This document shows, one piece after another, positions 17,933 through 29,228 of a stretch of DNA of 64,000 bases. The translations under genes and the position numbers were made by a program. This DNA comes from Candidatus Poribacteria bacterium (GTDB lineage Bacteria; Poribacteria; WGA-4E; PCPOR2b), in NCBI GenBank assembly GCA_965198175.1, contig OZ240245.1, forward strand, positions 3,675,030 to 3,739,029. Direction: 5' to 3'. Numbering within the stretch: position 1 is the stretch's first letter; every line of letters begins with the position of its first letter. The notes under the pieces are model-generated. The model did no database searches. It worked only from the letters and a program-made list of their open reading frames with translations, and had not been told where the DNA came from.

Positions 17933-19162
17933 ATGTGGTTAATCCTCATCAAACTGGCTTGGAGAAATCTCTTTCGGAATAAACGGCGCACCATCATTGC
18001 TTCGATAGCGATTGGTATCGGTTTGGCTGTGCTGATCTTCGCTGATGCGCTGTGGGTTGGAATGGAGCAGAACATGGTCAAAACCGCCACTGCTTCGTTT
18101 CTCGGCGATGGGCAGATTCATCGCGAAGGCTTCCGCGACACGCAAGCAGTTGAAATGACAATCAATCAACTCAACGAAGTGATTGATGCCCTCTCGCAAG
18201 AAGCGATTGTCGAACAGTTTACACCCCGAACGTTCGCTTTCGGGATGATTACCTCGCCGGCAAATGTCAGCGCAATTAACCTAGTGGGAGCCCAACCATC
18301 GACAGAGCGGTTCTTATCCCAGATCGATGACGCAATCATAGAGGGGGCATACTTTGAAGGTGATAACAATCGCGATATTGTGATTGGTGCGAAACTGGCA
18401 GAACTCCTTGAGATTACACTTGGCAATAGGATCGTCGTCACCGTCGCCCAGTCGGAGAGCGGCGATTTGTCCCAAGAGATGTTTCGGATTTCAGGGATCT
18501 ATCATTTTGCCGACGAGGCGATGAACAGCAGCATGGCATTTGTGCGGTTGGAAAAAGCGCAAGAGATGCTTGCTATCGGTTCCGGTGTCCATGAGATTGC
18601 CATCAAATTTACCGACACAAAATACGGACAGAATAAAGACATTCCATTTTGGGAGCGGTATTCTCAACACGGCAACGAAGCGTTAAGTTGGACGGAGATC
18701 CTACCCCAATTGCAAGCCGTATTCGAGATGTCTAAGTATAGCAAGTACATCATGGGAGTTATCCTCTTTGGTGTTGTTGTGTTCGGAATTATCAATACGC
18801 TTTTTATGTCGCTGTATGAACGGATGTTCGAGTTTGGCGTATTACGCGCCGTTGGTACCCGTGCGTTTGGGATGGCGCGACTGATCTTATTTGAAGCCGG
18901 GGCGTTAGCGACTGTGAGTATCGCCCTCGGCGCCATCCTCGGTTTTGGCTCGACGTGGATGTTCGCAAAGATCGGAATTGATTACACCGGCATTGAAATG
19001 ATGGGGGTGACGATGCAGGAGCTCATCTATCCCATCATGACGGTCAAACCGTTCATCTTATATCCGATCTGTGTTTTTATCTTTACCATTATCACCGGGC
19101 TATATCCCGCTCGATATGCAGCGAAGATAGCCCCAGCGACTGCGATGCGTAGAAGCTTTTAA
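17933..19162 (+). CDS. ABC transporter permease, FtsX/MacB/LolE family
   Basis: It is a paralogue of 16635-17870. Confidence 0.75.
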   Translation: MWLILIKLAWRNLFRNKRRTIIASIAIGIGLAVLIFADALWVGMEQNMVKTATASFLGDGQIHREGFRDTQAVEMTINQLNEVIDALSQEAIVEQFTPRTFAFGMITSPANVSAINLVGAQPSTERFLSQIDDAIIEGAYFEGDNNRDIVIGAKLAELLEITLGNRIVVTVAQSESGDLSQEMFRISGIYHFADEAMNSSMAFVRLEKAQEMLAIGSGVHEIAIKFTDTKYGQNKDIPFWERYSQHGNEALSWTEILPQLQAVFEMSKYSKYIMGVILFGVVVFGIINTLFMSLYERMFEFGVLRAVGTRAFGMARLILFEAGALATVSIALGAILGFGSTWMFAKIGIDYTGIEMMGVTMQELIYPIMTVKPFILYPICVFIFTIITGLYPARYAAKIAPATAMRRSF

Positions 19163-19210
19163 GTCAGCAAGAGCGGTAGGAGGAAGGAACAAAAGGATCT
19201 GTTTTACGTT

Positions 19211-19924
19211 TTGCACAAGGAGTTAACTTTGGCGAATACTGATGTCATTGTCACAGAAAAGATTACGAAGGTGTATACGGGAAATGGTGTGCCCGTCGAA
19301 GCCCTTCGGGGAGTTGATTTGACGATTCAATCAGGAGAGTTTACGGCGTTGGTGGGACCGTCTGGGTCGGGGAAAACCACACTTCTCAACATCATTTCCG
19401 GGTTGGATGCACCGACAGATGGAAAGGTCTGGCTGTCGGGCAAGCTGCTGTCGGGTATGAGCGGCAATGAGCTGTCCGATTTTCGCCGAGACAACATCGG
19501 TTTCATCTTTCAGGCGTACAACCTCATTCCCGTGCTGAAAGTGGAAGAGAACGTGGAATACATTATGCTCTTGCAGCGTGTGTCCAAGGCGGAACGGCAT
19601 AGACGCGTTGCCGCAATGCTTGAGGAGGTAGGGCTAGCAGGATTTGCGGACCGAAACCCACCGCAACTCTCAGGTGGGCAGCAACAGCGTGTCGCCATTG
19701 CACGGGCGATGGTCTCTGAACCTGCGATTATCCTCGCGGATGAGCCGACCGCGAACCTCGACTCGAGAACAGGTGCAGACCTGCTTGATATGATGAGTCA
19801 CCTCAATGCACGTACAAACATGACCTTCGTATTTTCAACCCACGATCCAATGGTGATGGAGAGGGCGAGGCGTTTGATAACGCTGAAGGACGGACAAGTT
19901 GAGAGTGACGAGATTAAAGGGTAG
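19211..19924 (+). CDS. ABC transporter ATP-binding protein (LolD/MacB-type)
   Basis: Walker [10 protein letters not shown], the ABC signature LSGGQQQR and Walker B ILADEPT are present. The likely true start is the TTG at 19229, with the SD AAGGAG at 19218-19223. Confidence 0.8.
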   Translation: MHKELTLANTDVIVTEKITKVYTGNGVPVEALRGVDLTIQSGEFTALVGPSGSGKTTLLNIISGLDAPTDGKVWLSGKLLSGMSGNELSDFRRDNIGFIFQAYNLIPVLKVEENVEYIMLLQRVSKAERHRRVAAMLEEVGLAGFADRNPPQLSGGQQQRVAIARAMVSEPAIILADEPTANLDSRTGADLLDMMSHLNARTNMTFVFSTHDPMVMERARRLITLKDGQVESDEIKG

Positions 19925-21155
19925 CGTGGGCATCACCTGCCAAAGGCATCTGTGGTGGATGATGATTCTGCTCCCAACCATCGCCTTAGCCAACGATGAG
20001 TTTCAAATCAGCGGGTATTACAAAAACTTTTCCACAGGTTTGGCTTCCCCCTTGCCAGACACACCAATTATCGGTGCGGTGAACAATCGACTGCGACTGA
20101 ATTGCACTTACGCGCCCTTTGATACGTTCTCGTTCGACCTCTCCTACGATTTCGCTCCGCGTATTCAAGACCCCTCACTGTTTTCTGAACCGCCAATTGC
20201 AGCCTCCACGGATTCGCTCCGCTATCGCGTTGTGGATTTTGATTCCGCTATCTATCCGGGCACGAATGACCCGGTCGGTAGTTTCGGTCTCTTTCAGAAT
20301 CTCGATCGTGCTTCCATTGCGTACGTTGCCGATTTTGGGGACATCACAATCGGTCGCCAAGCCATCGCATGGGGAAGTGCGCGGGTCGTAAACCCGACGG
20401 ACGTTATCGCTCCCTACGCCTACAATCAACTGGACACGGAGGACCGAATCGGTGTGGATGCAATTAGAGTTCAGATCCCGATTGGTGTGTTGGGAGAGTT
20501 TGATACCGGCTATGTTTTCGGCGAGAATTTGAGGGTTGAAAAGAGTGCCTTCTTCCTCCGAAGCCAACTGAATGCGATAGAAACGGACTTCTCAATTTCA
20601 CTGTTAGGATTTCGTGAACACCTGATGACCGGTGTTGACATAGCGCGGGGAATCGGCGGTGCCGGGTTCTGGCTTGAAGCGGGCTACGTTTACGCCAATG
20701 CGTTCGATAGCGAAAACGCGGAAGCAGAAAACTATCTCCGCGCGTCAATAGGTCTGGACTACAGTTTCGGTGGGGTGGCTTACGGATTCATCGAATATCA
20801 TTTCAGCGGCGCAGGGGCAGGGGCACCGGAGGATTATCTTGCCAATCTGACTCAGCCAGCGTACACCGATGGGGGAGTCTATCTCATGGGTAAGCACTAC
20901 TTTGTTCCCGGGCTGACCTGCCAAATCACGCCGCTCATCTCGTTGAGTACCGTAATACTATCGAACACCTCCGATTCCTCGGTGTTCCCCTCTGTACAGA
21001 TTGAATACAATTTCGCACAGGACATTTATCTCTCCGCTGGTGGATTAATCGGAATCGGCAAACGTCCTGAAACTGAAGACGACGAAACACAATTCAGATC
21101 GGAATTTGGTGGATATTCTAGCTTTTATTTCCTTTCGTTTCGGATTTATTTCTGA
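19899..21155 (+). CDS. hypothetical outer-membrane beta-barrel protein (C-terminal ..SFRIYF)
   Basis: It has alternating amphipathic strands and a terminal Phe. It is the last gene of the LolA-like/ABC cluster. The start is probably the internal MMILLPTIALA. Confidence 0.45.
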   Translation: MRVTRLKGSVGITCQRHLWWMMILLPTIALANDEFQISGYYKNFSTGLASPLPDTPIIGAVNNRLRLNCTYAPFDTFSFDLSYDFAPRIQDPSLFSEPPIAASTDSLRYRVVDFDSAIYPGTNDPVGSFGLFQNLDRASIAYVADFGDITIGRQAIAWGSARVVNPTDVIAPYAYNQLDTEDRIGVDAIRVQIPIGVLGEFDTGYVFGENLRVEKSAFFLRSQLNAIETDFSISLLGFREHLMTGVDIARGIGGAGFWLEAGYVYANAFDSENAEAENYLRASIGLDYSFGGVAYGFIEYHFSGAGAGAPEDYLANLTQPAYTDGGVYLMGKHYFVPGLTCQITPLISLSTVILSNTSDSSVFPSVQIEYNFAQDIYLSAGGLIGIGKRPETEDDETQFRSEFGGYSSFYFLSFRIYF

Positions 21156-21517
21156 CGATGCGTTGATTGCAAATGGCTGACCCTCGAATAAATAACTCTG
21201 AGCCTTTAAGAATAGTTTTGTATTAGTCAAAGAGATGGTTTACTCATTGCGCTGCTACCGTGGATTGACAGGTTTTGTCAATGAGGACTTGGAAATCCAA
21301 ACCGAGGGGTATTGAGTAGCGATTTCTATAGGCTAACCAGTTACAGAAACCGAGTTTTCAAGAAAAAACTCGGTTTCAAGAATCACATTCTGCTCCGCTG
21401 GAGCAGAAGGCTGGAAATTTTAGGCGGCTATAAACATGGCGCTCCGCTGGAGCGTAAGAACAAAGCGTTTGCGGGTGTCTATATTCTACTTGACCATTAC
21501 ACTTTTTGAATATTTTC

Positions 21518-21546
21518 TTGCAAATAAAGATCTAATATGCTATACT
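21518..21546 (+). promoter_or_regulatory. sigma70 promoter of the pyrimidine operon (TTGCAA, 17-nt spacer, TATACT)
   Basis: The -35 is at 21518-21523 and the -10 at 21541-21546. Confidence 0.5.
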
Positions 21547-21595
21547 CACATTAATCTTTCATGTTGTCGAGGTCGAACAAACTCTCCTTTTAATC

Positions 21596-21612
21596 TGATC
21601 CGGCGAGGTTAG
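21596..21612 (+). promoter_or_regulatory. candidate PyrR-binding loop (UCCGGCGAGG, compare the consensus UCCNGNGAGG) in the operon leader
   Basis: It lies between the promoter and the intrinsic terminator. A pyrR gene is encoded in the operon. Confidence 0.4.
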
Positions 21613-21673
21613 AAAAGGGTGCAATACGCAACCTGCAACTATTATCATTGTTCATTTTCTATTGTCAGATAGC

Positions 21674-21699
21674 CTCCCTGTCTTGAGGGAGGTTTTTTT
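21674..21699 (+). terminator. intrinsic terminator/attenuator (CCTCCCT-gtcttg-AGGGAGG followed by U7) that ends 1 nt before the ATG of the HD gene
   Basis: It has a 7-bp GC-rich stem, a 6-nt loop and a U7 tract. The GGGAGG in the stem doubles as the SD for the ATG at 21700. Confidence 0.6.
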
Positions 21700-22329
21700 A
21701 TGCGACGGATTCCCCGATTGATTATGAATGCAAAAGCCGTGTTAGACTTGATTGAAGAGATAGGCGTTCTTAAGAATCTCCCCCGTACCGGTTGGCGGTT
21801 TAGCGGGATTAAAAACGCCGAGAGTGTGGCAGATCATTGCTATCGCGTATCTCTTCTGTCAATGCTCTTAGCTGATGTGTTGACAAAACAGAACGTCACG
21901 TTAAACGTTGAAAAGGTGATTCGAATTGCGCTGCTACATGATGTTGCCGAGGCAAGGATTGGTGATGTGCCATTTCCAGCCCTAGAATATATACCTGAAG
22001 ATATCAAAGAGGCCGGCGAAAAAGCCGCATTGCAGTCAATGTTTGAGGGTTTTGACACCCTTCTACAAAATTACACTGACTTATGGGAAGAATTTGAAAA
22101 AGGCACATCGCTGGAAGGAAAATTAGTGCGAGCGGCAGATAAACTTGAACTGATGATTCAAGTGTTTGAATATGAAAAATTGGGCTATCGATCGCTCGAC
22201 CAGTTTTGGACGAACACTTGGAACCATGAAGGATTTGATGATTTTGCACTGGTTCGCGAAATCATGGATTTACTTGTCGAAAGAAGGGAAGAGGTGTTAT
22301 CGAAATGCGCGAAAAAGCACAGGTTATGA
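21700..22329 (+). CDS. HD-domain phosphohydrolase, YfbR-like 5'-deoxynucleotidase family
   Basis: The H..HD..E metal-binding motifs are present (ADHCYRVS..LLHDVAEARIGD). Confidence 0.65.
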   Translation: MRRIPRLIMNAKAVLDLIEEIGVLKNLPRTGWRFSGIKNAESVADHCYRVSLLSMLLADVLTKQNVTLNVEKVIRIALLHDVAEARIGDVPFPALEYIPEDIKEAGEKAALQSMFEGFDTLLQNYTDLWEEFEKGTSLEGKLVRAADKLELMIQVFEYEKLGYRSLDQFWTNTWNHEGFDDFALVREIMDLLVERREEVLSKCAKKHRL

Positions 22330-22850
22330 CTTCCGAGGACATTCGACGCGCTTTGACCAGAATCTCACACGAGATTCTGGAACACAATCATCGTGAAATT
22401 GCCGATCTCGCGCTGATTGGGATTAAGAGCCGAGGAGATTACTTGGCTCATCGCATCGCCAAAAACTTGGAAACTATCGAAAATATTAAAGTTCCTGTGG
22501 GTGTAGTCGACGTGCGTTTGTATCGAGACGACGTAAATCTCTATGAGGAAGAGATAAAGATTAACCGGACAGATATTCCCTTTAGCGTTGCAGGCAGATG
22601 TATTATTCTGGTTGATGAGGTTATCTACACAGGGCGCACCATACGTGCTGCGATGGATGCCGTCATGGATTTTGGACGTCCGGCGGCAATTCAGCTTGCT
22701 GTGCTCATAGATCGAGGACATCGCGAACTACCAATCTCTGCGAATTTTGTCGGCAAAAATATTCCGACATCGCGAAAGGAAATCGTGCGTGTCCAATTGG
22801 TAGAAGAGCATGGGTCGGATCGAGCAGCGATTTATGAGGGGGATGAATGA
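22305..22850 (+). CDS. pyrR: bifunctional pyrimidine operon regulator/uracil phosphoribosyltransferase PyrR
   Basis: The PRTase motif ILVDEVIYTGRT and the PyrR family length are present. The likely start is M at 22326. Confidence 0.8.
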   Translation: MREKAQVMTSEDIRRALTRISHEILEHNHREIADLALIGIKSRGDYLAHRIAKNLETIENIKVPVGVVDVRLYRDDVNLYEEEIKINRTDIPFSVAGRCIILVDEVIYTGRTIRAAMDAVMDFGRPAAIQLAVLIDRGHRELPISANFVGKNIPTSRKEIVRVQLVEEHGSDRAAIYEGDE

Positions 22851-24136
22851 GTCGAATTCTCATCCGCAATGGACACATGGTTGATCCCGCCAACCAGATT
22901 GATTCGATTCAAGACCTTCTCATCTGTGATGGGAGAATCACTCAAATTGGGGAACAGATTGAGGTTGAAGCGCATAGAATCATAGATGCCAGAGGGTTGA
23001 TTGTTGCGCCGGGTTTGATTGATATGCACGTCCATCTACGGGAACCTGGCTTTGAACACAAAGAAACCATCTCATCGGGCACCCACGCAGCGGCGGTGGG
23101 CGGATTTACATCGGTTGTCTGTATGGCGAATACTAAACCGGTTGCTGATTCCCCGAACGTAATTCGATTTATCCAACTACAGGCAGAGCAAGATGGTGCC
23201 GCTAATGTGTTCCCAATCGGCAGCATCACGAAAAATCTCGCAGGCGACGAGGTGACTAATGTTCCAGCCCTGCTGGAAGCTGGAGCGGTTGCGTTATCCG
23301 ATGATGGGAAAACCGTCATGAACTCCGCGCTAATGCAGAAGGCTTTAGCGTGGAGTGCGGAACTAGAATTTCCCGTCGCGGTTCACTGCGAAGAGCACAA
23401 TCTGAATGAAGGAGCGGTGATGAACCTCGGTGAAACCTCGCGCAGACTGAATTTGCCCGGCAGCCCCAACGTAGCAGAGGACATCATCGCAGCCCGAGAT
23501 ATTATGCTTGCAGAGTTAACAGGGGGGCACCTTCACATTTTACACGTCAGCACCGCTGGAACTGTCGAACTGGTTCGTTCCGGAAAGCACAGGGGCATCC
23601 ATGTGACAGCCGAAGCAACACCGCATCATTTCACTCTCACCGAATCTGCTGTCGAAGAACACGGTGCGAACGCAAAAATGCATCCACCCTTGCGAACTCA
23701 GGCTGATGTTCATGCCGTGATTGAAGGACTAATTGATGGAACGCTTGATGCAATTGCTACTGATCATGCTCCTCACGCTCCGTTTGAGAAGGAACAAGGA
23801 ATATACGACGCTCCTCCCGGCATCGTCGGTCTAGAAACCTGCGTGCCGCTTGTTTTCACTCAACTCATTGATACGGGCAAGCTCACTCTATCGGAAGCGA
23901 TTGCGAAGATGACGTGCGCCCCTGCGAATATTCTGCAAATCGACCGCGGTACACTCTCAATCGGCGCGGTCGCAGACGTAACGCTAATTGATCCAAAACG
24001 AGCTGTAAGAGTTGATCCGACACAATTTGTGTCCAAAAGCCGTAATACGCCCTTCAGCCATTGGGAGTTGAAGGGTTACCCGGTGATGACTATCCGCGAT
24101 GGTATAGTGACGCATTCAACGATCAATACCTGCTGA
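22847..24136 (+). CDS. pyrC: dihydroorotase
   Basis: The DMHVHLREPG metal-binding motif and the ..DHAPH motif are present. It overlaps the pyrR stop. Confidence 0.8.
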   Translation: MSRILIRNGHMVDPANQIDSIQDLLICDGRITQIGEQIEVEAHRIIDARGLIVAPGLIDMHVHLREPGFEHKETISSGTHAAAVGGFTSVVCMANTKPVADSPNVIRFIQLQAEQDGAANVFPIGSITKNLAGDEVTNVPALLEAGAVALSDDGKTVMNSALMQKALAWSAELEFPVAVHCEEHNLNEGAVMNLGETSRRLNLPGSPNVAEDIIAARDIMLAELTGGHLHILHVSTAGTVELVRSGKHRGIHVTAEATPHHFTLTESAVEEHGANAKMHPPLRTQADVHAVIEGLIDGTLDAIATDHAPHAPFEKEQGIYDAPPGIVGLETCVPLVFTQLIDTGKLTLSEAIAKMTCAPANILQIDRGTLSIGAVADVTLIDPKRAVRVDPTQFVSKSRNTPFSHWELKGYPVMTIRDGIVTHSTINTC

Positions 24137-24352
24137 AGTCCAAGAGATTCCGACAGATTCTCCTAGAAAAGGGCACAGCCCTCCGTCTACCTTATAAAGT
24201 GCAATCAAGAGAAGTAGATAGATTGAGGAATTGGGAATAGTGATTGTAAATTGTGCAACCTTCTGTGACGATACCGGACTGTCCTTTTTGGTTCCTGTTA
24301 AGGCAACGACCTCTATGACAAGTAATTCCCCAGTTGAGGAGATTCAATCCCA

Positions 24353-25549
24353 ATGAGAGCAATTTTAGCATTGGCCGACGGCACAATCTATGAAGGCGAA
24401 CACTTCGGTGCGATTGGCGAGTCATCGGGTGAGGTTGTTTTTAATACCAGTATGACAGGCTACCAAGAAATTCTCACCGATCCTTCTTATAAAGGGCAAA
24501 TCGTCACAATGACATATCCGTTAATCGGAAATTACGGCTGTAATGATGTCGATGTCGAATCGGTTGTTCCACAGGTCGAAGGGTTTATCGTTCGTGAATA
24601 CAGTGCCCACTATAGTAACTGGCGTTCTCGATGTAGCCTCGGTACTTACCTCGAAGAACATGGAGTTATTGGTATCCATGGTGTCGATACCCGTGCTTTA
24701 ACCAAAAGGCTAAGGGTCCACGGTGTTATGAATGGGGTACTTTCGACAGAAGATTATGACACTCAGCAACTTATTGCACAAGCACAAGCGTGGCAAGGGT
24801 TAATAGGTGTGGATCTAGTTCATCGAGTAACCTGCCCAAGCCCCTATTTGTGGGAGGACTCCAATTCCCACCCAAATGCTTTCTCCGATTCAGATTTTTC
24901 AAAGTATCAAAGCAGTACGCAATTGACAAACAATTTTGATTCATCGTCAGTAGGAGTGGTACCTGAGCCACAGTTTCGTGTCATCGCAATGGACTTCGGG
25001 ATTAAATACAATATTTTACGCCAACTAACTCACCACGGTTGTCAAGTGCAAGTTGTCCCAGCCCATACCTCTGCTGAGGATATTCTTTCCGCTAACCCTA
25101 ATGGAATCTTCTTATCAAACGGTCCCGGCGATCCAGATGCGGTTGACTATGCACTTGAGACAATCAAGAAACTTATAGGTAGGAAGCCAATCTTCGGTAT
25201 CTGTTTGGGCCATCAGCTATTGGGGCTTGCGTTCGGAGGAAAGAGATTCAAGCTCAAATTCGGACATCGAGGCGCAAATCAACCTGTCAAACGGCTTGAA
25301 ACCAACACCGTGGAAATTACCGCCCAAAATCACGGTTTCTGTGTGGACATTGATTCACTGCCAAATACAGTTGAGATTACCCACGTCAATCTGAACGATC
25401 AAACCCTCGAAGGAATGCGGCATTCTGAACATCCTGTCTTGGCTGTACAATATCATCCGGAAGCTTCGCCCGGTCCTCACGATGCAAGCTATCTTTTCAA
25501 GCAATTTACAGACCTTATGAAAAGATACAGAAGAGAGATGAGGCATTAA
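24353..25549 (+). CDS. carA: carbamoyl-phosphate synthase small (glutaminase) subunit
   Basis: The CPSase small-chain N-domain and the GATase motif GICLGHQ are present. Confidence 0.85.
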   Translation: MRAILALADGTIYEGEHFGAIGESSGEVVFNTSMTGYQEILTDPSYKGQIVTMTYPLIGNYGCNDVDVESVVPQVEGFIVREYSAHYSNWRSRCSLGTYLEEHGVIGIHGVDTRALTKRLRVHGVMNGVLSTEDYDTQQLIAQAQAWQGLIGVDLVHRVTCPSPYLWEDSNSHPNAFSDSDFSKYQSSTQLTNNFDSSSVGVVPEPQFRVIAMDFGIKYNILRQLTHHGCQVQVVPAHTSAEDILSANPNGIFLSNGPGDPDAVDYALETIKKLIGRKPIFGICLGHQLLGLAFGGKRFKLKFGHRGANQPVKRLETNTVEITAQNHGFCVDIDSLPNTVEITHVNLNDQTLEGMRHSEHPVLAVQYHPEASPGPHDASYLFKQFTDLMKRYRREMRH

Positions 25550-25597
25550 AGGAACTAACACGAATCTAGTTCCTAGTGCCTGACACGTGCGCAGATT

Positions 25598-28500
25598 ATG
25601 CCGAAGCGAACTGACATTGAGAAAATTTTAATCATCGGCTCCGGCCCCATCATCATCGGTCAGGCTTGTGAATTTGATTATTCCGGGGCACAAGCGTGCA
25701 AAGCCCTGCAAGAGGAGGGGTTTGAGATTGTTCTAGTTAATAGTAATCCGGCGACCATCATGACAGACCCTGAATTTGCAAATCGAACTTATGTCGAGCC
25801 GATTACGGCGGACGTGGTCGAACGAATTATCGCTAGGGAACGTCCCCATGCCTTGCTGCCAACCTTGGGAGGACAAACCGGACTAAATGTCTCCGTTGAA
25901 CTTGCAGAAGCTGGCGTGCTAGACAGATATAATATCGAACTGATTGGTGCGAAACTTGACGCGATAAAAAAGGCAGAAGATCGCGCACTCTTCAAAAAGT
26001 CAATGCAGCAAATCGGGTTATCGGTGCCAAATAGTGGAGTCGTGCACTCCGTCGAAGATGCTGCAACGATTGTCTCCATGATTGGCTACCCCGCAATCAT
26101 CCGCCCCGCATTCACACTTGGTGGTACTGGTGGGGGAATTGCATATAACATCGAAGAGTTCAAAGAGATGGTCGAACATGGCTTGGCGTTGAGCCCGGTC
26201 AATGAGGTGTTAATCGAGGAGTCCGTTATCGGTTGGAAAGAGTTTGAACTAGAGGTGATGCGTGATCACACAGACAATGTCGTGATTATCTGCTCGATTG
26301 AAAATGTGGACCCAATGGGCATCCATACTGGCGATAGCATCACGGTCGCGCCTGTTCAAACGTTGACAGACAAAGAATATCAGCAGATGCGAGATGCAGC
26401 AATCAAGATTATTCGCGAAATTGGTGTTGATACAGGCGGTTCAAACGTTCAATTTGCTGTGCACCCGCAGACAGGGGAACAGGTCGTCATCGAAATGAAT
26501 CCACGCGTTTCGAGGAGTTCTGCGCTTGCGTCCAAAGCCACAGGATTCCCAATCGCCAAGATTGCGGCAAAGCTGGCAGTTGGCTATACGCTTGATGAAA
26601 TCCCCAACGACATCACTCGCCAAACGCCCGCTTCCTTTGAACCCACAATCGACTACGTTGTCGTCAAAATCCCGCGTTGGGCATTTGAGAAATTTCCAGA
26701 TGCCGATGTAACCCTGACCACCCAGATGAAGTCGGTTGGGGAAGCTATGGCGATCGGGCGGACTTTCAAGGAAGCGTTGCAGAAAGGCTTGCGATCGCTG
26801 GAAACAGGGTGGTATGGACTCGACAATCAGCAAGTCCGAAATCTACCTCTTGCTGAACTGCCTGAGAAACTGACTTTTCCGAACGTTGAGCGACTTTTTT
26901 ATATCAAACAAGCTTTCCAAGCTAGTATGAGTGTAGATCAGGTATATGGCTATACAAAAATCGATCCCTTTTTTCTATATAACATTAAAGAGATAGTTGA
27001 CTTTGAAACGCACCTGGAGAAACAGGGAAGAGAGGAACTGAAAAAATGGGGATCGGACACATTGACGAACCCATTGACACATGAATTCATTTCCCTGCTT
27101 AGTAAGTCGAAACAGTATGGATTTTCAGATCGCCAGATTGCTGAACTGTGGGATGTTTCTGAATCATATGTCAGGTTTTTACGGAAGGAAGCGGGAATTG
27201 AAGCGACTTTTAAAACGGTTGACACATGCGCCGCTGAATTTGAGGCGATAACTCCTTACTACTATTCAACTTACAGCAGTGAAGATGAAGTGCGCCCGAG
27301 TTCCAAAAGAAAGGTAATCATTTTGGGAGGTGGTCCAAATCGGATTGGTCAGGGAATTGAGTTTGACTATTGCTGCGTTCACGCAGCGATGGCGCTTAAG
27401 CAAGATGGTATTGAAACGATTATGGTCAACAGTAATCCTGAAACAGTTAGTACGGATTATGATACCTCGGATCGCCTCTATTTTGAGCCGCTCACACTCG
27501 AAGATGTTTTGAACATTATCGATCGTGAGCAGCCCGATGGAGTGATCGTTCAGTTTGGCGGGCAAACGCCCTTGAATCTTGCGCTTGCACTCAAAGACGC
27601 AGGTGTACCTATTATCGGAACCAGTCCTGATGACATTGCGCGGTCGGAAGATCGGAAATTGTTCAAAGCGGTGTTGGATGAAATCGGTCTGGTGCAACCT
27701 CCAAATGGAACTGCAACCTCGATTGAGGAAGCAAAGCCTATCGCCGCGTCGATCGGGTATCCCGTCATTGTTCGTCCCTCGTATGTGCTGGGCGGACGGG
27801 CAATGCAAATTGTTTACGACCAAACCCTTTTAGAGGAATACATGGACTCCGCAGTTGCCGCTTCACCAGAACATCCGGTACTGATTGACAAATATCTGGA
27901 AGATGCGATTGAGGTGGATGTCGATGCGATTTCTGACGGCAGTATGACCCTCGTCGGAGGTATCATGGAGCACATTGAGGAAGCTGGCATCCATTCTGGA
28001 GACAGCGACTGTGTGCTACCACCCTACACACTTGTTGAGGAACAACTTGAAGAACTCAAGAGGTATACGTACGCACTTGCTAAGGCGCTCAACGTTCGGG
28101 GACTGATGAACGTTCAGTATGCGATTAGGAACAACGAGATTTATGTATTGGAAGTCAACCCGCGTGCCTCGCGGACCATACCGTTTGTCAGTAAAGCAAT
28201 CGGGGTTCCGCTGGCAAAACATGCCGCGCGGCTCATGGCAGGTAAAACCCTTGAAGAACTCGGTTTCACCAAAGAGATTGAAAGGAATTATTTCTGCGTG
28301 AAAGCACCCGTTTTTCCATTCAATCGCTTTCCAGGGGCAAATTCACAACTCGGTCCTGAGATGAAGTCGACAGGCGAGGTCATGGGAATTGATGAGAATC
28401 TTGCTCAAGCCTTCGCCAAAGCGCAAAAGGCATGCGGCTACACTTTGCCCGTTAATGGAAGTGCCTTTATTAGCGTCAAAAACAAAGATAAGCGCGCCAT

Positions 28501-28861
28501 AATTTTTATCGCCAAGAAACTCTCCGACTTCGGATTTCAACTAATAGCAACTCACGGAACAGCGAAAGTACTGCGTAGAAATGGGCTGGAGATTACATTG
28601 GTCCACAGTATTGGAAAGGGACGCCCAACAATTCACGACTATGTTAAAAATCATGCTGTGGATCTCATTATCAATACTCCAACGGGATATGAACACCATC
28701 CCGCTGAACAACTGATTCGGAAAATGACAATTGATTATGGCATTCCACTCTTTTCAACCATTTCTGGTGCAGCTGCAGCCATCAACGCAATTGAAGCTCT
28801 TCGTCGTGAAGAGTTGACTGTTACTCCGCTTCAGGATTATTATCAAAATCAGTTAGGCTAG
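25598..28861 (+). CDS. carB: carbamoyl-phosphate synthase large subunit
   Basis: It is 1087 aa long with duplicated ATP-grasp halves and an MGS-like C-terminus. Confidence 0.9.
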   Translation: MPKRTDIEKILIIGSGPIIIGQACEFDYSGAQACKALQEEGFEIVLVNSNPATIMTDPEFANRTYVEPITADVVERIIARERPHALLPTLGGQTGLNVSVELAEAGVLDRYNIELIGAKLDAIKKAEDRALFKKSMQQIGLSVPNSGVVHSVEDAATIVSMIGYPAIIRPAFTLGGTGGGIAYNIEEFKEMVEHGLALSPVNEVLIEESVIGWKEFELEVMRDHTDNVVIICSIENVDPMGIHTGDSITVAPVQTLTDKEYQQMRDAAIKIIREIGVDTGGSNVQFAVHPQTGEQVVIEMNPRVSRSSALASKATGFPIAKIAAKLAVGYTLDEIPNDITRQTPASFEPTIDYVVVKIPRWAFEKFPDADVTLTTQMKSVGEAMAIGRTFKEALQKGLRSLETGWYGLDNQQVRNLPLAELPEKLTFPNVERLFYIKQAFQASMSVDQVYGYTKIDPFFLYNIKEIVDFETHLEKQGREELKKWGSDTLTNPLTHEFISLLSKSKQYGFSDRQIAELWDVSESYVRFLRKEAGIEATFKTVDTCAAEFEAITPYYYSTYSSEDEVRPSSKRKVIILGGGPNRIGQGIEFDYCCVHAAMALKQDGIETIMVNSNPETVSTDYDTSDRLYFEPLTLEDVLNIIDREQPDGVIVQFGGQTPLNLALALKDAGVPIIGTSPDDIARSEDRKLFKAVLDEIGLVQPPNGTATSIEEAKPIAASIGYPVIVRPSYVLGGRAMQIVYDQTLLEEYMDSAVAASPEHPVLIDKYLEDAIEVDVDAISDGSMTLVGGIMEHIEEAGIHSGDSDCVLPPYTLVEEQLEELKRYTYALAKALNVRGLMNVQYAIRNNEIYVLEVNPRASRTIPFVSKAIGVPLAKHAARLMAGKTLEELGFTKEIERNYFCVKAPVFPFNRFPGANSQLGPEMKSTGEVMGIDENLAQAFAKAQKACGYTLPVNGSAFISVKNKDKRAIIFIAKKLSDFGFQLIATHGTAKVLRRNGLEITLVHSIGKGRPTIHDYVKNHAVDLIINTPTGYEHHPAEQLIRKMTIDYGIPLFSTISGAAAAINAIEALRREELTVTPLQDYYQNQLG

Positions 28862-29228
28862 GACATAATGACATCAACTTGATCTTCGTTTTCTTGCTAC
28901 GTTTTCTGTTTTACTGATTAGTACAGGAGGCTAGTGTTTTCGTATCGTCTGCTAACTGATAGTAAGCATAAGTGTCAATTGATGACTTGATAGCAATACA
29001 TGCCTAGTTCAGTTACCGGACAGGTTTCGGATAGACTGCGGCGTTCGATGTGACCCAACCTATCAATCGGCAATGCGTGTAATTAATCTCCTATAGAGGC
29101 GAAACATGCAAATCAAAACGGAGCTAATGCCCATCGGGCTTCTCCGCACCGGTGCGGAAAGAAGTTTGTCAAGACCGCTCTGCTAGTATGATGTTTGTTA
29201 GTAGTCACATAACCAAAATAATAAAGAG

